A DNA stretch of 64,000 nucleotides, from positions 4,576,001 to 4,640,000 of the forward strand of contig OZ271854.1 of assembly GCA_965601925.1 (NCBI GenBank), given 5' to 3'. Both the position numbers and the translations under genes were made by a program. Source of the DNA: Alkalispirochaeta sp. Lineage in GTDB: Bacteria; Spirochaetota; Spirochaetia; DSM-27196; Alkalispirochaetaceae. The notes under the pieces were generated by a model. That model did no database searches, was not told the origin of the DNA, and saw nothing but the letters and a program-made list of their open reading frames with translations. Shown here piece after piece: positions 29,664 to 39,627 of this stretch. Numbering within the stretch: position 1 is the stretch's first letter; every line of letters starts with the position of its first letter.

Positions 29664-30731
29664 TTGAAAAATCACAGCATAGCGGTCATTCCCGGCGACG
29701 GCATCGGAGCGGAGGTCGTCGAGCAGGGGATAGCCGTTCTGGAGCGGGCCGGCTCGCTCTTCGATGTACGTTTCGAATGGACCGAGTTTCCGTGGGGGTG
29801 CGAGTACTACGCCCGGACGGGTCGCATGATGAGCGCCGACGGTATCGACCGTCTACGGCAATTCGACGCGATATATCTCGGCGCCGTCGGGTATCCCGGC
29901 GTCCCGGACCACATCTCCCTGTGGGGTCTGCTTATCCCGATACGCCGGGAGATGCACCAGTACGTCAATGTGCGCCCCGTACGACTGCTTCGCGGCCTCC
30001 GCTCTCCCCTCGCCGACAGACGGCCGGAGGAGATCGATTTCGTCGTCGTTCGAGAAAACAACGAGGGCGAGTACTCCGAAATCGGCGGACGCCTCTACGC
30101 GGGGAGCGAGGCGGAGATGGCGGTGCAGGAGAGCGTCTTTACCCGCTCAGGCGTCGACCGAGTACTTCGCCACGCCTTTGAGACGGCCTTGACGCGCCCC
30201 GCCCGGCACGTCACGTCGGCGACGAAGTCCAATGGGATCAAACACACCATGCCCTTCTGGGACGAACGGTTTCGGGCGATAGCGGCGGAGTACCCCGATG
30301 TCCGTACCGATCAGTACCACATCGATATCCTCGCCGCTCACTTCGTCGCACACCCCGACTGGTTCGACGTCGTGGTCGCCAGCAACCTCTTCGGCGATAT
30401 CCTTTCCGATCTCGGCCCCGCAGTCGCCGGGAGCATCGGGGTCGCCGCCTCCGCAAATCTGAATCCGGAACGGCAATACCCCTCGATGTTTGAGCCGGTT
30501 CACGGATCGGCGCCGGACATTGCGGGAAAGGGTATCGCCAACCCGGTGGGGCAGATCTGGTCCGGCGCGCTCATGCTCGAGCACCTCGGACACCCCGAGG
30601 CGGCCGGCGCCGTCGTTGCGGCGATCGAGCGCGTCGTCGCCGACGAGCAATTGAGGACCCCCGACGTGGGCGGGCGAGCCACATCCGCCGACGTCGGAGC
30701 GGCGATCGCGAGTGCATTGGAGGATCGGTAG
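29664..30731 (+). CDS. ttuC: Tartrate dehydrogenase/decarboxylase (D-malate dehydrogenase; YeaU/DmlA/TtuC family)
   Basis: IPGDGIG, VPDHISLWGLLIPIRRE, RENNEGEYS, SATKSNG, SNLFGDILSD, FEPVHGSAPDIAGKGIANP; TTG start. Confidence 0.92.
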   Translation: MKNHSIAVIPGDGIGAEVVEQGIAVLERAGSLFDVRFEWTEFPWGCEYYARTGRMMSADGIDRLRQFDAIYLGAVGYPGVPDHISLWGLLIPIRREMHQYVNVRPVRLLRGLRSPLADRRPEEIDFVVVRENNEGEYSEIGGRLYAGSEAEMAVQESVFTRSGVDRVLRHAFETALTRPARHVTSATKSNGIKHTMPFWDERFRAIAAEYPDVRTDQYHIDILAAHFVAHPDWFDVVVASNLFGDILSDLGPAVAGSIGVAASANLNPERQYPSMFEPVHGSAPDIAGKGIANPVGQIWSGALMLEHLGHPEAAGAVVAAIERVVADEQLRTPDVGGRATSADVGAAIASALEDR

Positions 30732-31816
30732 TGAAGATCACGGACATTGTCGTTGCGGTGGTACCGATGCCGAGCTTGGCGAAACCCTTTTGGAACTCGA
30801 TCATCCGCACCGAGCGCGTCGATCGCGCGCGGATCGAGATCAAAACGGACGAGGGCGTTGTCGGAACGGCCCCATGCCAGCCGGGGGTCAAACACTTTGT
30901 CGAGGGTACGATACGCGGCAAGCTCATCGGTCTGGACCCCCTTCGAACGGACCTCCTCTGGCAGACGATGTATATGGGAGGGACGCGCAAGCCGGTCTCC
31001 AAGGGCAGTTTTATCGTCGCCATGAGCGCCGTCGACAACGCATTGTGGGATCTCAAGGGGAAGGCGCTGGGTCAGCCGGTATGGCGCCTCGCCGGGGGTG
31101 CGTACGATACGGTGCGCGTCTACGCCGCCGGAGGGTACTACGAGGACGACAAAGGAGTTCCGGAACTCTGCGCCGAAATGGAGAGCTACGTCGCTGAGGG
31201 GTTTACGGCGGTGAAGATGAAGGTGGGCTGGCCGGGAGCCGGTCTCAAAGGTGACGCAGAGCGAGTGGCCGCAGTGCGTGGGGCGATCGGCGACGATATC
31301 GATCTCATGGTCGACGCCAACAACGCGTGGGACGCCCACACGGCGATCCGCTTCGGACGAATGATCGAGCGGTACGAGCCGTATTGGTTTGAGGAGCCGG
31401 TCCACGCCGACGACTACGACGGCGCGGCCAAAGTCGCCGCGGCGCTGGATATACCGATTGCAAGCGGGGAAAACGAGCATACGCGCTACGGCTTTCGCGA
31501 GCTGATAGAGCGCGGCGGGGCACAGATCATCCAAGCCGACCCCAATAACTGCGGCGGCATCAGTGAATGGCTGAGAATCGCCGCGATCGCCGGCGCTCAC
31601 CATCTCCCGATGTCGCCCCACGGCAACGCGGCGATCGGAGCGTGTTGCGTCGCCGCCGTCGGAAACGGCCTCATAACGGAGTACTACCCGACGGCGCACC
31701 ACAATCCCCTGTTGGGACGTCTCGACTTTCGCGACGGACACGTAATGTTGTCCGAGGAGCCGGGGCTCGGCATTCAATGGGACGAAGCGCTCATCTCCTC
31801 GATGGGGAAAGGATAG
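30731..31816 (+). CDS. Mandelate racemase-subgroup enolase-superfamily enzyme (D-tartrate dehydratase-like)
   Basis: [23 protein letters not shown] (KxK), metal ligands VDAN/FEEP/GENE, SPHG. Confidence 0.88.
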   Translation: MKITDIVVAVVPMPSLAKPFWNSIIRTERVDRARIEIKTDEGVVGTAPCQPGVKHFVEGTIRGKLIGLDPLRTDLLWQTMYMGGTRKPVSKGSFIVAMSAVDNALWDLKGKALGQPVWRLAGGAYDTVRVYAAGGYYEDDKGVPELCAEMESYVAEGFTAVKMKVGWPGAGLKGDAERVAAVRGAIGDDIDLMVDANNAWDAHTAIRFGRMIERYEPYWFEEPVHADDYDGAAKVAAALDIPIASGENEHTRYGFRELIERGGAQIIQADPNNCGGISEWLRIAAIAGAHHLPMSPHGNAAIGACCVAAVGNGLITEYYPTAHHNPLLGRLDFRDGHVMLSEEPGLGIQWDEALISSMGKG

Positions 31817-33675
31817 GGCATACGAAGTATCGAGCGGGTCTCCGTCTCAAATTCTTAGCGATATCGGTCACCGTCGCCGTGAGCCTCTTGACGGTCGGCG
31901 GTGCCGCGGCGATCGCGGCGCGGCGCGGTATCGAGCTGACGCGGGAGCAGAACGCCGTGCAAAACGCCCTCCTCGAGTGGAGCGGCCTCGTTAATCGGAC
32001 CCACGCCCTCCTCCTCGACGTCGAGGACTTCGGCACGATGGCGCGGCAGTGGACGGATTCATTCGACTCCTTTCGCGCCGCCCTGGCGCCGGTGATCGCC
32101 TCTCCGATGCTCCGAAGGACGAGCCCCGACCTCGCGCGGCAACTCGACGGGCTCGAGCGCCTATGGGAGCGCGTGGAGGGCCGAGCGGAAGCAACCGAGG
32201 CGGCACTCTCGGACGGGACGGCGCACGCCCGCTTGCGACTCGAGGAGGCGATGACGGACCAACACGTCGGGGGTCTCGTCCATACCCTCGGCGTCCACGC
32301 CGGGCGCGGTGATCCGGACTACCAGCTGGCGGAGCTCGAGGGCGCCGTCGCCGCATTACTCCTCGCCGACGACTCCTTTGCCGAGATTCTCAACGATACG
32401 TCGCTGATGGTGTTCGAGATCGTCGAAGAGGCGCGTATCGTTCAGCTGCGGGTAGCGGCGGCGGTTACGGTCGTCGTGACGATCATAACCCTCGCCGTCA
32501 GTCTCGTCTTTGCGCACCGCATATCGGGCAGAGTCCGCCGTATCTCCTCCGGCGTAGAGGCGGTCGCTCAAAAGGACTTTCGAGTGGAGCTGAGGCAGGC
32601 GGGGACGGACGAGATCGGGTCTCTTACGCGGGACATCAACACACTCATCGTGACGCTCCGCACCGTTCTCGGTGATGTTACCGCGTCGATCTCCGACGTC
32701 CTGGACCGCAGCACGCGCATATCCTCGTCTACCGTACAGTCGTCCCGCGACCTGAGCGATGTCGGCGAGACGATCGAGGCGTTGACGGTACAATTCACCA
32801 CCCTCGACGAGAGCATCCACCGCGTCGAGGAGGCGACCCGACGGATCGATGTTGAGGCGTCGGGCCTGATGCGACAGGTCGAGGAGCAGACCGGGGCCAT
32901 CACGGAGTCGACCGCAGCGATCGAGGAGATGACCTCGTCGATACGAAGCGTCGAACGCATTGCGTCGGAGAGCCACGACCGCGCCGGGCGCCTGGGTAGG
33001 GACATCCTGCGGAGCGGGCAACAGATAGAGACGACCAACGAGTCGATAAAAACCGTCGTCTCGGGCTTTGAGGGCGTGTTGGAAGTTACGCGAATCATCG
33101 ACGAGATATCGAGCAGGACCAACCTCCTCTCGATGAACGCGGCGATCGAAAGCGCGCGGGCCGGCGAAGCGGGACGCGGATTCGGCGTCGTCGCCCAGGA
33201 GATCCGAGAGCTGGCCGAGTCCACGGCGAAGAATGCGCACCTCATCAAAGAGACTCTCTCCACGATGCAGACCCAAACCGAGCAGGCGCGGAGCGACGGG
33301 GAGACGAGTCTGGAGGCGTTTTCGACGATTCACGCCGAGGTCGTCGCCTTCATGGAGTCGATGGAGACGATTCGGAGTGCGACATCGGAGCTCTCGAACG
33401 GGAGCACCGAGCTCCTTCGCGCCGCGGCGGATCTCTCGGGAGCGCGGAGCACGATCGACGGGTCGGCGCGATCGATCGCCGGCGGTCAGACGGACATCCG
33501 GCGGTCGATGACCGAAATATCGGCGATCTCGACGCAGCTGCGCGACGCCGTCTCACACATGGCCGACGCCGCGCGGGAGGTTATCGAGCGGATGCGGAGC
33601 CTGGCGTGTCTCGATCGCGAGAGCGCAGCGGCGATGAAGAGCCTCGCGAGCAAGGTGTCGGAGTTTCACATTTAG
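31777..33675 (+). CDS. Methyl-accepting chemotaxis protein
   Basis: Two TM helices, HAMP (DEIGSL), signalling hairpin [38 protein letters not shown]. Start uncertain; the ORF-track start at 31567 lies well inside the upstream gene. Confidence 0.93.
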   Translation: MGRSAHLLDGERIGHTKYRAGLRLKFLAISVTVAVSLLTVGGAAAIAARRGIELTREQNAVQNALLEWSGLVNRTHALLLDVEDFGTMARQWTDSFDSFRAALAPVIASPMLRRTSPDLARQLDGLERLWERVEGRAEATEAALSDGTAHARLRLEEAMTDQHVGGLVHTLGVHAGRGDPDYQLAELEGAVAALLLADDSFAEILNDTSLMVFEIVEEARIVQLRVAAAVTVVVTIITLAVSLVFAHRISGRVRRISSGVEAVAQKDFRVELRQAGTDEIGSLTRDINTLIVTLRTVLGDVTASISDVLDRSTRISSSTVQSSRDLSDVGETIEALTVQFTTLDESIHRVEEATRRIDVEASGLMRQVEEQTGAITESTAAIEEMTSSIRSVERIASESHDRAGRLGRDILRSGQQIETTNESIKTVVSGFEGVLEVTRIIDEISSRTNLLSMNAAIESARAGEAGRGFGVVAQEIRELAESTAKNAHLIKETLSTMQTQTEQARSDGETSLEAFSTIHAEVVAFMESMETIRSATSELSNGSTELLRAAADLSGARSTIDGSARSIAGGQTDIRRSMTEISAISTQLRDAVSHMADAAREVIERMRSLACLDRESAAAMKSLASKVSEFHI

Positions 33676-33689
33676 TCAGGGTGTCAAAG

Positions 33690-34766
33690 GTGGGTAGAAG
33701 CGTGACGTTGACCATCGTCGGAGAGACCAACGTACAGGAGAGGGAGCGCCCGGAGGAGGCGTTTTCCCTCGTCGGCGATCTCTTGAGTACATCTGACGTC
33801 CTCTTCGGCCATTTGGAAGGACTCTTCCACCCGCCGTCGTCCGATCCGGAGCGCCCCGACATCCCCTACAAGAGCGCCTGGCGCCACGCCGACCCGTCCC
33901 AAGTCGTCGCCTACAACGCGGCGGGCTTCGACGCGATGTGTGCGGCGAGCAACGTCGCCTACGGAGAGGCGGCGATTCGGACCACCCTCGCCGTACTCTC
34001 CGAGGCCGGTATCCCGGTGTGCGGCATCGGCCTCGACCGCGACGCGGCGCGGCGCGGCGTCGTCGTTGAGAAGGGCGGTATCCGGTTCGGCTATCTGAGC
34101 TACACGTCGGTCTTCTGGCCGTCGGATCACGCGGCGCGGGAGGGTGTGCCGGGAGTGGCGACGATCAAGGCGCACACCGCCTACCAACCGGGTCGTCGCG
34201 CCTTGGAGATGCCCGGCGCGCCGCCGGAGGTCGTGACCTTTCCCGATCGGGACGAGCTTGCGGAGATGGGCAGGGACGTCGAGACCCTTCGGAGTGCCGT
34301 GGACGTCCTGGTCGTCTCGTGCCACTGGGGAGTATCGAGCAGTCCCGTCGTCGTTTCGTACCAACAAGCGATCGGCCGCGCGGCGATCGACGCCGGTGCC
34401 GATATCGTCTTCGGCCACCACCCTCACGTTATCCAGCCGATCGAAGTGTGGAAGGGGCGCCCCATACTCTACAGCATGGGCAACTTCGCCTTTGACTGGC
34501 GGAAGATGCGCGGTCGCAACCTATTCGGCCTCGCCGCGCACATTCGCATCGTAGAGGGACGGGTCGAGGCGGTCTCGCTGACCGTGGCGCGGCGCAACGG
34601 AGACAATATGATCGAACCGATCGCGGCGACCGACACGGACGCGAGACCGGTACTGGAGCCTGTTATAGAGGAGGCGCGTACGCGCTTCGACACTGCGATA
34701 GAGGTAGCCGGCGACGGACTCGTCGTCGATCTTTCCACGAGTCGTCGGATCGACAAGGAGGTGTAA
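33690..34766 (+). CDS. CapA/PGA_cap-family metallophosphoesterase-fold hydrolase, cytoplasmic
   Basis: SCHWG, AIDAGADIVFGHHPHVIQPIE, YSMGNF; no signal peptide; GTG start at 33690 or 33702. Confidence 0.87.
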   Translation: MGRSVTLTIVGETNVQERERPEEAFSLVGDLLSTSDVLFGHLEGLFHPPSSDPERPDIPYKSAWRHADPSQVVAYNAAGFDAMCAASNVAYGEAAIRTTLAVLSEAGIPVCGIGLDRDAARRGVVVEKGGIRFGYLSYTSVFWPSDHAAREGVPGVATIKAHTAYQPGRRALEMPGAPPEVVTFPDRDELAEMGRDVETLRSAVDVLVVSCHWGVSSSPVVVSYQQAIGRAAIDAGADIVFGHHPHVIQPIEVWKGRPILYSMGNFAFDWRKMRGRNLFGLAAHIRIVEGRVEAVSLTVARRNGDNMIEPIAATDTDARPVLEPVIEEARTRFDTAIEVAGDGLVVDLSTSRRIDKEV

Positions 34767-35920
34767 TGTCCGATCTATTGACCCACTGGGCCGTTATGGA
34801 CGACGCGCGTCGGTTGATGACCTACGTCACCGGCGTGGACGCCGCCTTTGCGCGCACATTGAACACCCACCATCGCGTCGCGCGCCTGGGAGCAATCGCC
34901 CGCACCGAGGGGCACTGGGTCCCACGGGCGCTCAAGTGGGTACGAGCGCACTGGGGAACCGGTCCGTCGGAAATGACGGAGCGAAAGTTGGCGTGCTGCG
35001 TCGCCGCCTTGACCCACACGGCGTGCGACGCTCTGATGAAGGAGCTGCGCTTTCAGACGGTGACCGCCGAGGAGGGACGGGAGCATTCCGACGAGGACGT
35101 CGCGCGGCAGGTGTACGCTTATCATGACGCCCACGTCTTTCGGGAGGTGTACCGCGGCGGAAAAGAGGAGCCGTTTAGCCCCTTTATGTTCGCCGACAAC
35201 GATACGGCGTCGGGCCGCCGTTTGGAGAAGCTCGCAAAGGTACTGTTTCAGGCGGCGATCCTCGGGACTCGCACCTTCGACATCGCCTCTGAGTCACTCG
35301 ACCGCCCCTTCTTAGAACAGTTCATCGGCCGCACCATCGTCAAGGTACGTCGCACGCCCGATGCCGTACGCCGCGTCGTCGGCTCTCACGGCCTCTGTCG
35401 ACGCGAGTTGTACGATTGGTTGCGCAGCCTCCGTAGCGAGCGCGACGATGCCGATCCGAAGACGTGGGAGGAGATCGCCCCGCGCCTCGTCGTCGATCTC
35501 ACCGACCCGCAGAGCCGTCTGGAGAACATCCTCATCAACGAGTTGCCCCTCTATGTCGATCACCGGCGCCTGGTGGAGGCGTACAACCGGCCCGATCCCG
35601 ATCGCGTGCGCCGCTACCGCATCGAGCCCGACTTTTACGACCCCGCCGATCCGGCGATCGCCGCCGCGCGGCGGATACAGGCGGGTGAGGAGGTCCGCGG
35701 CGCCGACGTCGACGCGGCGACCTCACGCGGCGCCAACCGGAGCTTCTACGGTCGAGCGTTGGAGCTGGCCATGGAGTACGAGCGGCGCGGCTCCGCCTTT
35801 TGGCGGGGCGAGACGGAGACCTTGGAGACTCCCAACTGGTCGTCCGACTCGGACAAGGCGCTGAACTTTCGACTTCGTCACGCATCGGAGGCGGAGTTGG
35901 CCGCCAATCGCACATTTTGA
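34766..35920 (+). CDS. Hypothetical protein, possible Zn-dependent phospholipase C/P1 nuclease-like fold
   Basis: AAGGAGG RBS and TAATG coupling to the upstream gene. N-terminal SDLLTH, LGAIA, THTACD (HxxxD), YHDAH. Confidence 0.7.
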   Translation: MSDLLTHWAVMDDARRLMTYVTGVDAAFARTLNTHHRVARLGAIARTEGHWVPRALKWVRAHWGTGPSEMTERKLACCVAALTHTACDALMKELRFQTVTAEEGREHSDEDVARQVYAYHDAHVFREVYRGGKEEPFSPFMFADNDTASGRRLEKLAKVLFQAAILGTRTFDIASESLDRPFLEQFIGRTIVKVRRTPDAVRRVVGSHGLCRRELYDWLRSLRSERDDADPKTWEEIAPRLVVDLTDPQSRLENILINELPLYVDHRRLVEAYNRPDPDRVRRYRIEPDFYDPADPAIAAARRIQAGEEVRGADVDAATSRGANRSFYGRALELAMEYERRGSAFWRGETETLETPNWSSDSDKALNFRLRHASEAELAANRTF

Positions 35921-35930
35921 ACGGAGAGCA

Positions 35931-36788
35931 GTGGTGAAACCATTCGTAACACTCATGACCGTCGCCGAGCACGCAAGCCTTCTTTCCCGCGCCGCGGGGT
36001 GTCTTCCACCGGATCTCGACGCTGCGTTATCGGAGCACGAGTTGCCCTATCTCCTCGGCGCCGTCGCGGCCGTCGACGCCGATATGGTGAAGTCGGGTCT
36101 CACGGACCTCAAAGAACACTGGAACAGCGACGGCGTCTATCCGCCCCGCCACCGTCAACATCCCGGTATTCTGGAGCGTGATCGGCGCCTCGCTTTCTGC
36201 GCCGGAGGGGTCGTGCAACTCAACGCGATGCGGCTCTTCCCCGATGTGAGCGACCGAGAGCGGCGTGACGTGGAGGCGCGAGTGTTGGACCGACTCGTCA
36301 TCGGAGCGGACCGATCGGCCTTGGAGGATTATCTCAGCCGGACCGGGGGGACCGACGCCCCGATAGTCGATGTAGCGTCGGATTACTTCTCGGCGCTCTT
36401 CATGCGCTCCCTTGCCGAGTCGCACACGATGATCCCCGATATGGTGGCGATCCAACCGTGGTTGGAAAAGACCGTCGCCGGCCCGGCGCTCTTGGAGCGT
36501 GAGATCAACGAGACGACGAGGCGGCTCTTCGGCTCCTCCGCCGACGCCGTCGCTTCGTCGCCGGCGGCCGACTTCGTCGCCCCGTCGGAGCCCGCGGTGC
36601 GTGTTGCCCTCGAGCTCCAGGACGGTCGCCGAGTCGACGCTGCGACGATCGAAGAGACACTCAAGACGACGGAGGCGGCCGATCTCTACGGACGCGCCCT
36701 CATCCGGTGCGCGCGGGCGTTGGACAAGATCGGCCGGTGGTGGACGGCACCGGACGAGCGCACAATCGAGATAGTGGAGGAGGATTAG
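35931..36788 (+). CDS. Hypothetical protein, degenerate paralogue of the preceding gene
   Basis: GGAGAG RBS; shares LGA(V/I)A, R(R/K)LA.C and C-terminal DF..P..PA...A..(L/I)Q.G..V...YGRAL...W blocks with 34766-35920. Confidence 0.7.
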   Translation: MVKPFVTLMTVAEHASLLSRAAGCLPPDLDAALSEHELPYLLGAVAAVDADMVKSGLTDLKEHWNSDGVYPPRHRQHPGILERDRRLAFCAGGVVQLNAMRLFPDVSDRERRDVEARVLDRLVIGADRSALEDYLSRTGGTDAPIVDVASDYFSALFMRSLAESHTMIPDMVAIQPWLEKTVAGPALLEREINETTRRLFGSSADAVASSPAADFVAPSEPAVRVALELQDGRRVDAATIEETLKTTEAADLYGRALIRCARALDKIGRWWTAPDERTIEIVEED

Positions 36789-36791
36789 ACG

Positions 36792-38231
36792 ATGCAAACC
36801 GTGCACTTCGAGTATGGTCAAGGAGTTATGCCCGCCGAGCTTCCCGACGACGCCCGGATCTTCGTTCCCGGCGAGACGGTACCCGACCCGCCCCCTCTCG
36901 CCGACCCGATTGCCGCGACGAAGGCGGCGATCCGCCGTCCGATCGGCATGCCGCCGATCTCCGAGCTCGTAAAGCGCGGCTCGACGGTGACGATCGCCTT
37001 TCCCGACCGGGTTAAGGGGGGCTTTCACGAGACGGCGCACCGCAAGGTCGCCATCCCGATCCTCATCGAGGAGTGCCTCCGGGCGGGGGTGCGCAAAGAC
37101 GACATCCGTCTCATCTGTGCGACGGGCCTCCACCGTAAGAACACCAAAGAGGAGTTGCGATCCCTCGTCGGCGACGCGGTGTTTGCCGAGTTTTGGCCGA
37201 CGAATCAGATTCTCAACCAAGACTCCGAGGACGCCGACGATCTCGTCGATCTGGGATACGACTCCGACGGCGATCGGGTCATTCTCAATAAGACGCTCTT
37301 CGAGTCGGACCTCCCGATTCTCCTCGGCCACGTCATGGGCAATCCCTACGGAGGCTACAGCGGGGGCTACAAGATGGCGTGCACCGGCATGGCCAACTGG
37401 CGCCTCATCCGCGACGTTCACAAGGCCGACGTGGTGCTCCACCACGACTTCGTACCGGTATCTGGACACAGTACCCAGCGGAAGAAGTTCAATACCGTGG
37501 GACACTTCATGGAAGAGAAAATGGGGAAACGGTTCTTCATGGTCGACGCGGTGCTGGATACCAAAAACCGTCAGATCGCCGTCTACGCCGGCTACGGTGA
37601 GGAGATGCAGCCCACATCGTGGGTCGAGGCGGACAAGCGGACCTACGTCCCGTGGGCACAGGAGAAGTTCGACATCGTGATGTTCGGCATGCCGCAGAAC
37701 TTTCACTACGGAAACGGCCACGGCACAAATCCGGTGCTCATGATCCAGGCGATCGGCGCCAACATCGTCCGTCACAAGCGCGTACTCAAGGACAACTGCG
37801 TCGTGATCTGCTCATCGATCTGCAACGGATACTTTCACGACGAGGAGTTTCCCTCGTTTCGCGAGGTCTACGATCTGCTGCAGCGCGACTACAACTATAC
37901 GATTCCCGACATCGATCGCTACGGAGAGTACATCGCGACGCGCCGCGAGTACGTCGACCGGTATCGCTTCAAGTACGCGTACCATCCGTACCACGCCTTC
38001 GTAAATCTGAACATGGGACACATCGCCCACGTGCATACGGCGGCGACCTACATCGTCGGTGCGTACGAGCCGGGATACGTGCGGGGTATCGGGATGAAGC
38101 CGGTGGCGACCTTTGCCGATGCGCTGCGCGATGCGGAGCGCTACACCGGTCCACGTCCGCGCATACTGGCGCTCCCACGCGCCTTCAAGGTGCCGTCGGT
38201 GCACCTCATGATGGCCGACGAGACGCCGTAG
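36792..38231 (+). CDS. LarA-superfamily (lactate racemase domain, DUF2088) hydroxy-acid racemase/epimerase
   Basis: AIRRPIGMPPISELV, IAFPDR, ATGLHRK, GGYSGGYK (pincer-Lys motif), VILNK; GGAGGAGG RBS. Confidence 0.87.
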   Translation: MQTVHFEYGQGVMPAELPDDARIFVPGETVPDPPPLADPIAATKAAIRRPIGMPPISELVKRGSTVTIAFPDRVKGGFHETAHRKVAIPILIEECLRAGVRKDDIRLICATGLHRKNTKEELRSLVGDAVFAEFWPTNQILNQDSEDADDLVDLGYDSDGDRVILNKTLFESDLPILLGHVMGNPYGGYSGGYKMACTGMANWRLIRDVHKADVVLHHDFVPVSGHSTQRKKFNTVGHFMEEKMGKRFFMVDAVLDTKNRQIAVYAGYGEEMQPTSWVEADKRTYVPWAQEKFDIVMFGMPQNFHYGNGHGTNPVLMIQAIGANIVRHKRVLKDNCVVICSSICNGYFHDEEFPSFREVYDLLQRDYNYTIPDIDRYGEYIATRREYVDRYRFKYAYHPYHAFVNLNMGHIAHVHTAATYIVGAYEPGYVRGIGMKPVATFADALRDAERYTGPRPRILALPRAFKVPSVHLMMADETP

Positions 38232-38361
38232 GGTCGCCCACCGCCGAATCGTCGCCCGCCGCCCGGCTCGGCGGATAGCTCACCGCAGGACGAGGAGTCG
38301 CGACGCGACGTACCGTAAGATGTTGAAGAGGAGTGTTCCGAGTTGGTAGAGGAGGAGACCA

Positions 38362-39627
38362 ATGCACGCGGTACAAAAAATACTGGCCCGAGGCGCCGGA
38401 GTATCGACGGTTCACGAAGGAGACATCGTAAACTGTGAGGTCGACTTTCTCGAGCTGAACGATCTCTACCTCCAAGTGGTGCGCTCCTTTCACGAGATGG
38501 GCGGCCGGTCGGTGTGGGACCCACGTAAAGTCTCGTTCGTCTTCGACCATTACTCGCCGGCGCCGACGGTCAGGGCGGCGCAAATTCACCACGAGATGCG
38601 CCGGTTCGCCGAGGAGCACGGTTTCGTGCACCACTTCGACATTCAATGCGGTGTTTGTCATCAGGTGATGCCCGAAGCGGGAATCGTGCGGCCAGGAATG
38701 ATACTCGTTGCAACCGACTCCCATACGACGACGCACGGGGCGTTCGGCGCCTTTGGAACCGGTATCGGAGCCACCGACGCGGCGACGGTGCTCATCTCAG
38801 GCGAGCTGTGGCTGCGCGTCCCCGAGGTGATCAAGATCGAACTCAGAGGCAGACCGCCCGCGGGCGTCTTTGCGAAAGACGTCATCCTACACGTGATCGG
38901 CGACCTCAAGGCGGACGCGGCGGTCTATCAGGCGATCGAGTTTGCCGGTGACTACGTCGACCGACTCGACGTCTCGGACCGGATGACGATCTGCAACATG
39001 GCGGTTGAAATGGGAGCGCAGACGTCGTACATGAGGCCGAACGAGGCGGTGCTCGAATACTTGGAAGAGCGTACCGGCGAGACGTTTACCCTCGACGAGA
39101 CCGACGACGACTTCGTCTACGCCGCGCAGCACATCTACGACGTGTCGCGACTCTCTCCCCAGCTCGCCTGTCCACATAACGTCGACAACGTGATGGAGGT
39201 AGAGCGTGTGGCGGACGTATCGGTTCAACAAGCCTTTATCGGGTCGTGTACCGGGGGACGCCTGGACGATATCGCGGAGGCGGCACATATCATGAACGGC
39301 GCGTCGGTGGCGCCGGGGACGCGCCTCGTCGTCGTTCCGGCGTCGCGGGAGGTTTACACGCGGGCGATCGAGGCGGGCTACGTTCAGACGCTCATGACCG
39401 CCGGTGCGACATTCAACGCTCCGGGGTGCGGCCCGTGCTTGGGGACGCATGCGGGCCTTCTCGCGTCGGGTGAGGTCTGCGTATCGTCGACCAATCGCAA
39501 CTTCCCCGGACGCATGGGGGCGAACGATGCGTCGATCTATTTGGCTTCACCGGCCCTCGTCGCCGCCTCGGCGGTACACGGTCGTCTTACGGACCCCCGC
39601 TCGTATTACGGAGGTAGCGAGCAATGA
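38362..39627 (+). CDS. leuC: Aconitase-family hydratase large subunit (LeuC/HacA/DmdA type); substrate uncertain
   Basis: FDH, GVCHQV, DSHTTTHGA, NMAVEMGA, IGSCTGG and GCGPCLG (three [4Fe-4S] Cys), NRNFPGRMG. Confidence 0.9.
   Translation: MHAVQKILARGAGVSTVHEGDIVNCEVDFLELNDLYLQVVRSFHEMGGRSVWDPRKVSFVFDHYSPAPTVRAAQIHHEMRRFAEEHGFVHHFDIQCGVCHQVMPEAGIVRPGMILVATDSHTTTHGAFGAFGTGIGATDAATVLISGELWLRVPEVIKIELRGRPPAGVFAKDVILHVIGDLKADAAVYQAIEFAGDYVDRLDVSDRMTICNMAVEMGAQTSYMRPNEAVLEYLEERTGETFTLDETDDDFVYAAQHIYDVSRLSPQLACPHNVDNVMEVERVADVSVQQAFIGSCTGGRLDDIAEAAHIMNGASVAPGTRLVVVPASREVYTRAIEAGYVQTLMTAGATFNAPGCGPCLGTHAGLLASGEVCVSSTNRNFPGRMGANDASIYLASPALVAASAVHGRLTDPRSYYGGSEQ

Noticed and set aside
33690..34766. 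Poly-gamma-glutamate capsule locus
   Set aside because: Only a CapA-fold protein is present, with no PgsB/PgsC and no membrane anchor, in a catabolic context.
36027..37775. 582-aa minus-strand ORF
   Set aside because: Antisense to the LarA-like gene and its upstream hypothetical, both of which have RBSs and fit the operon.
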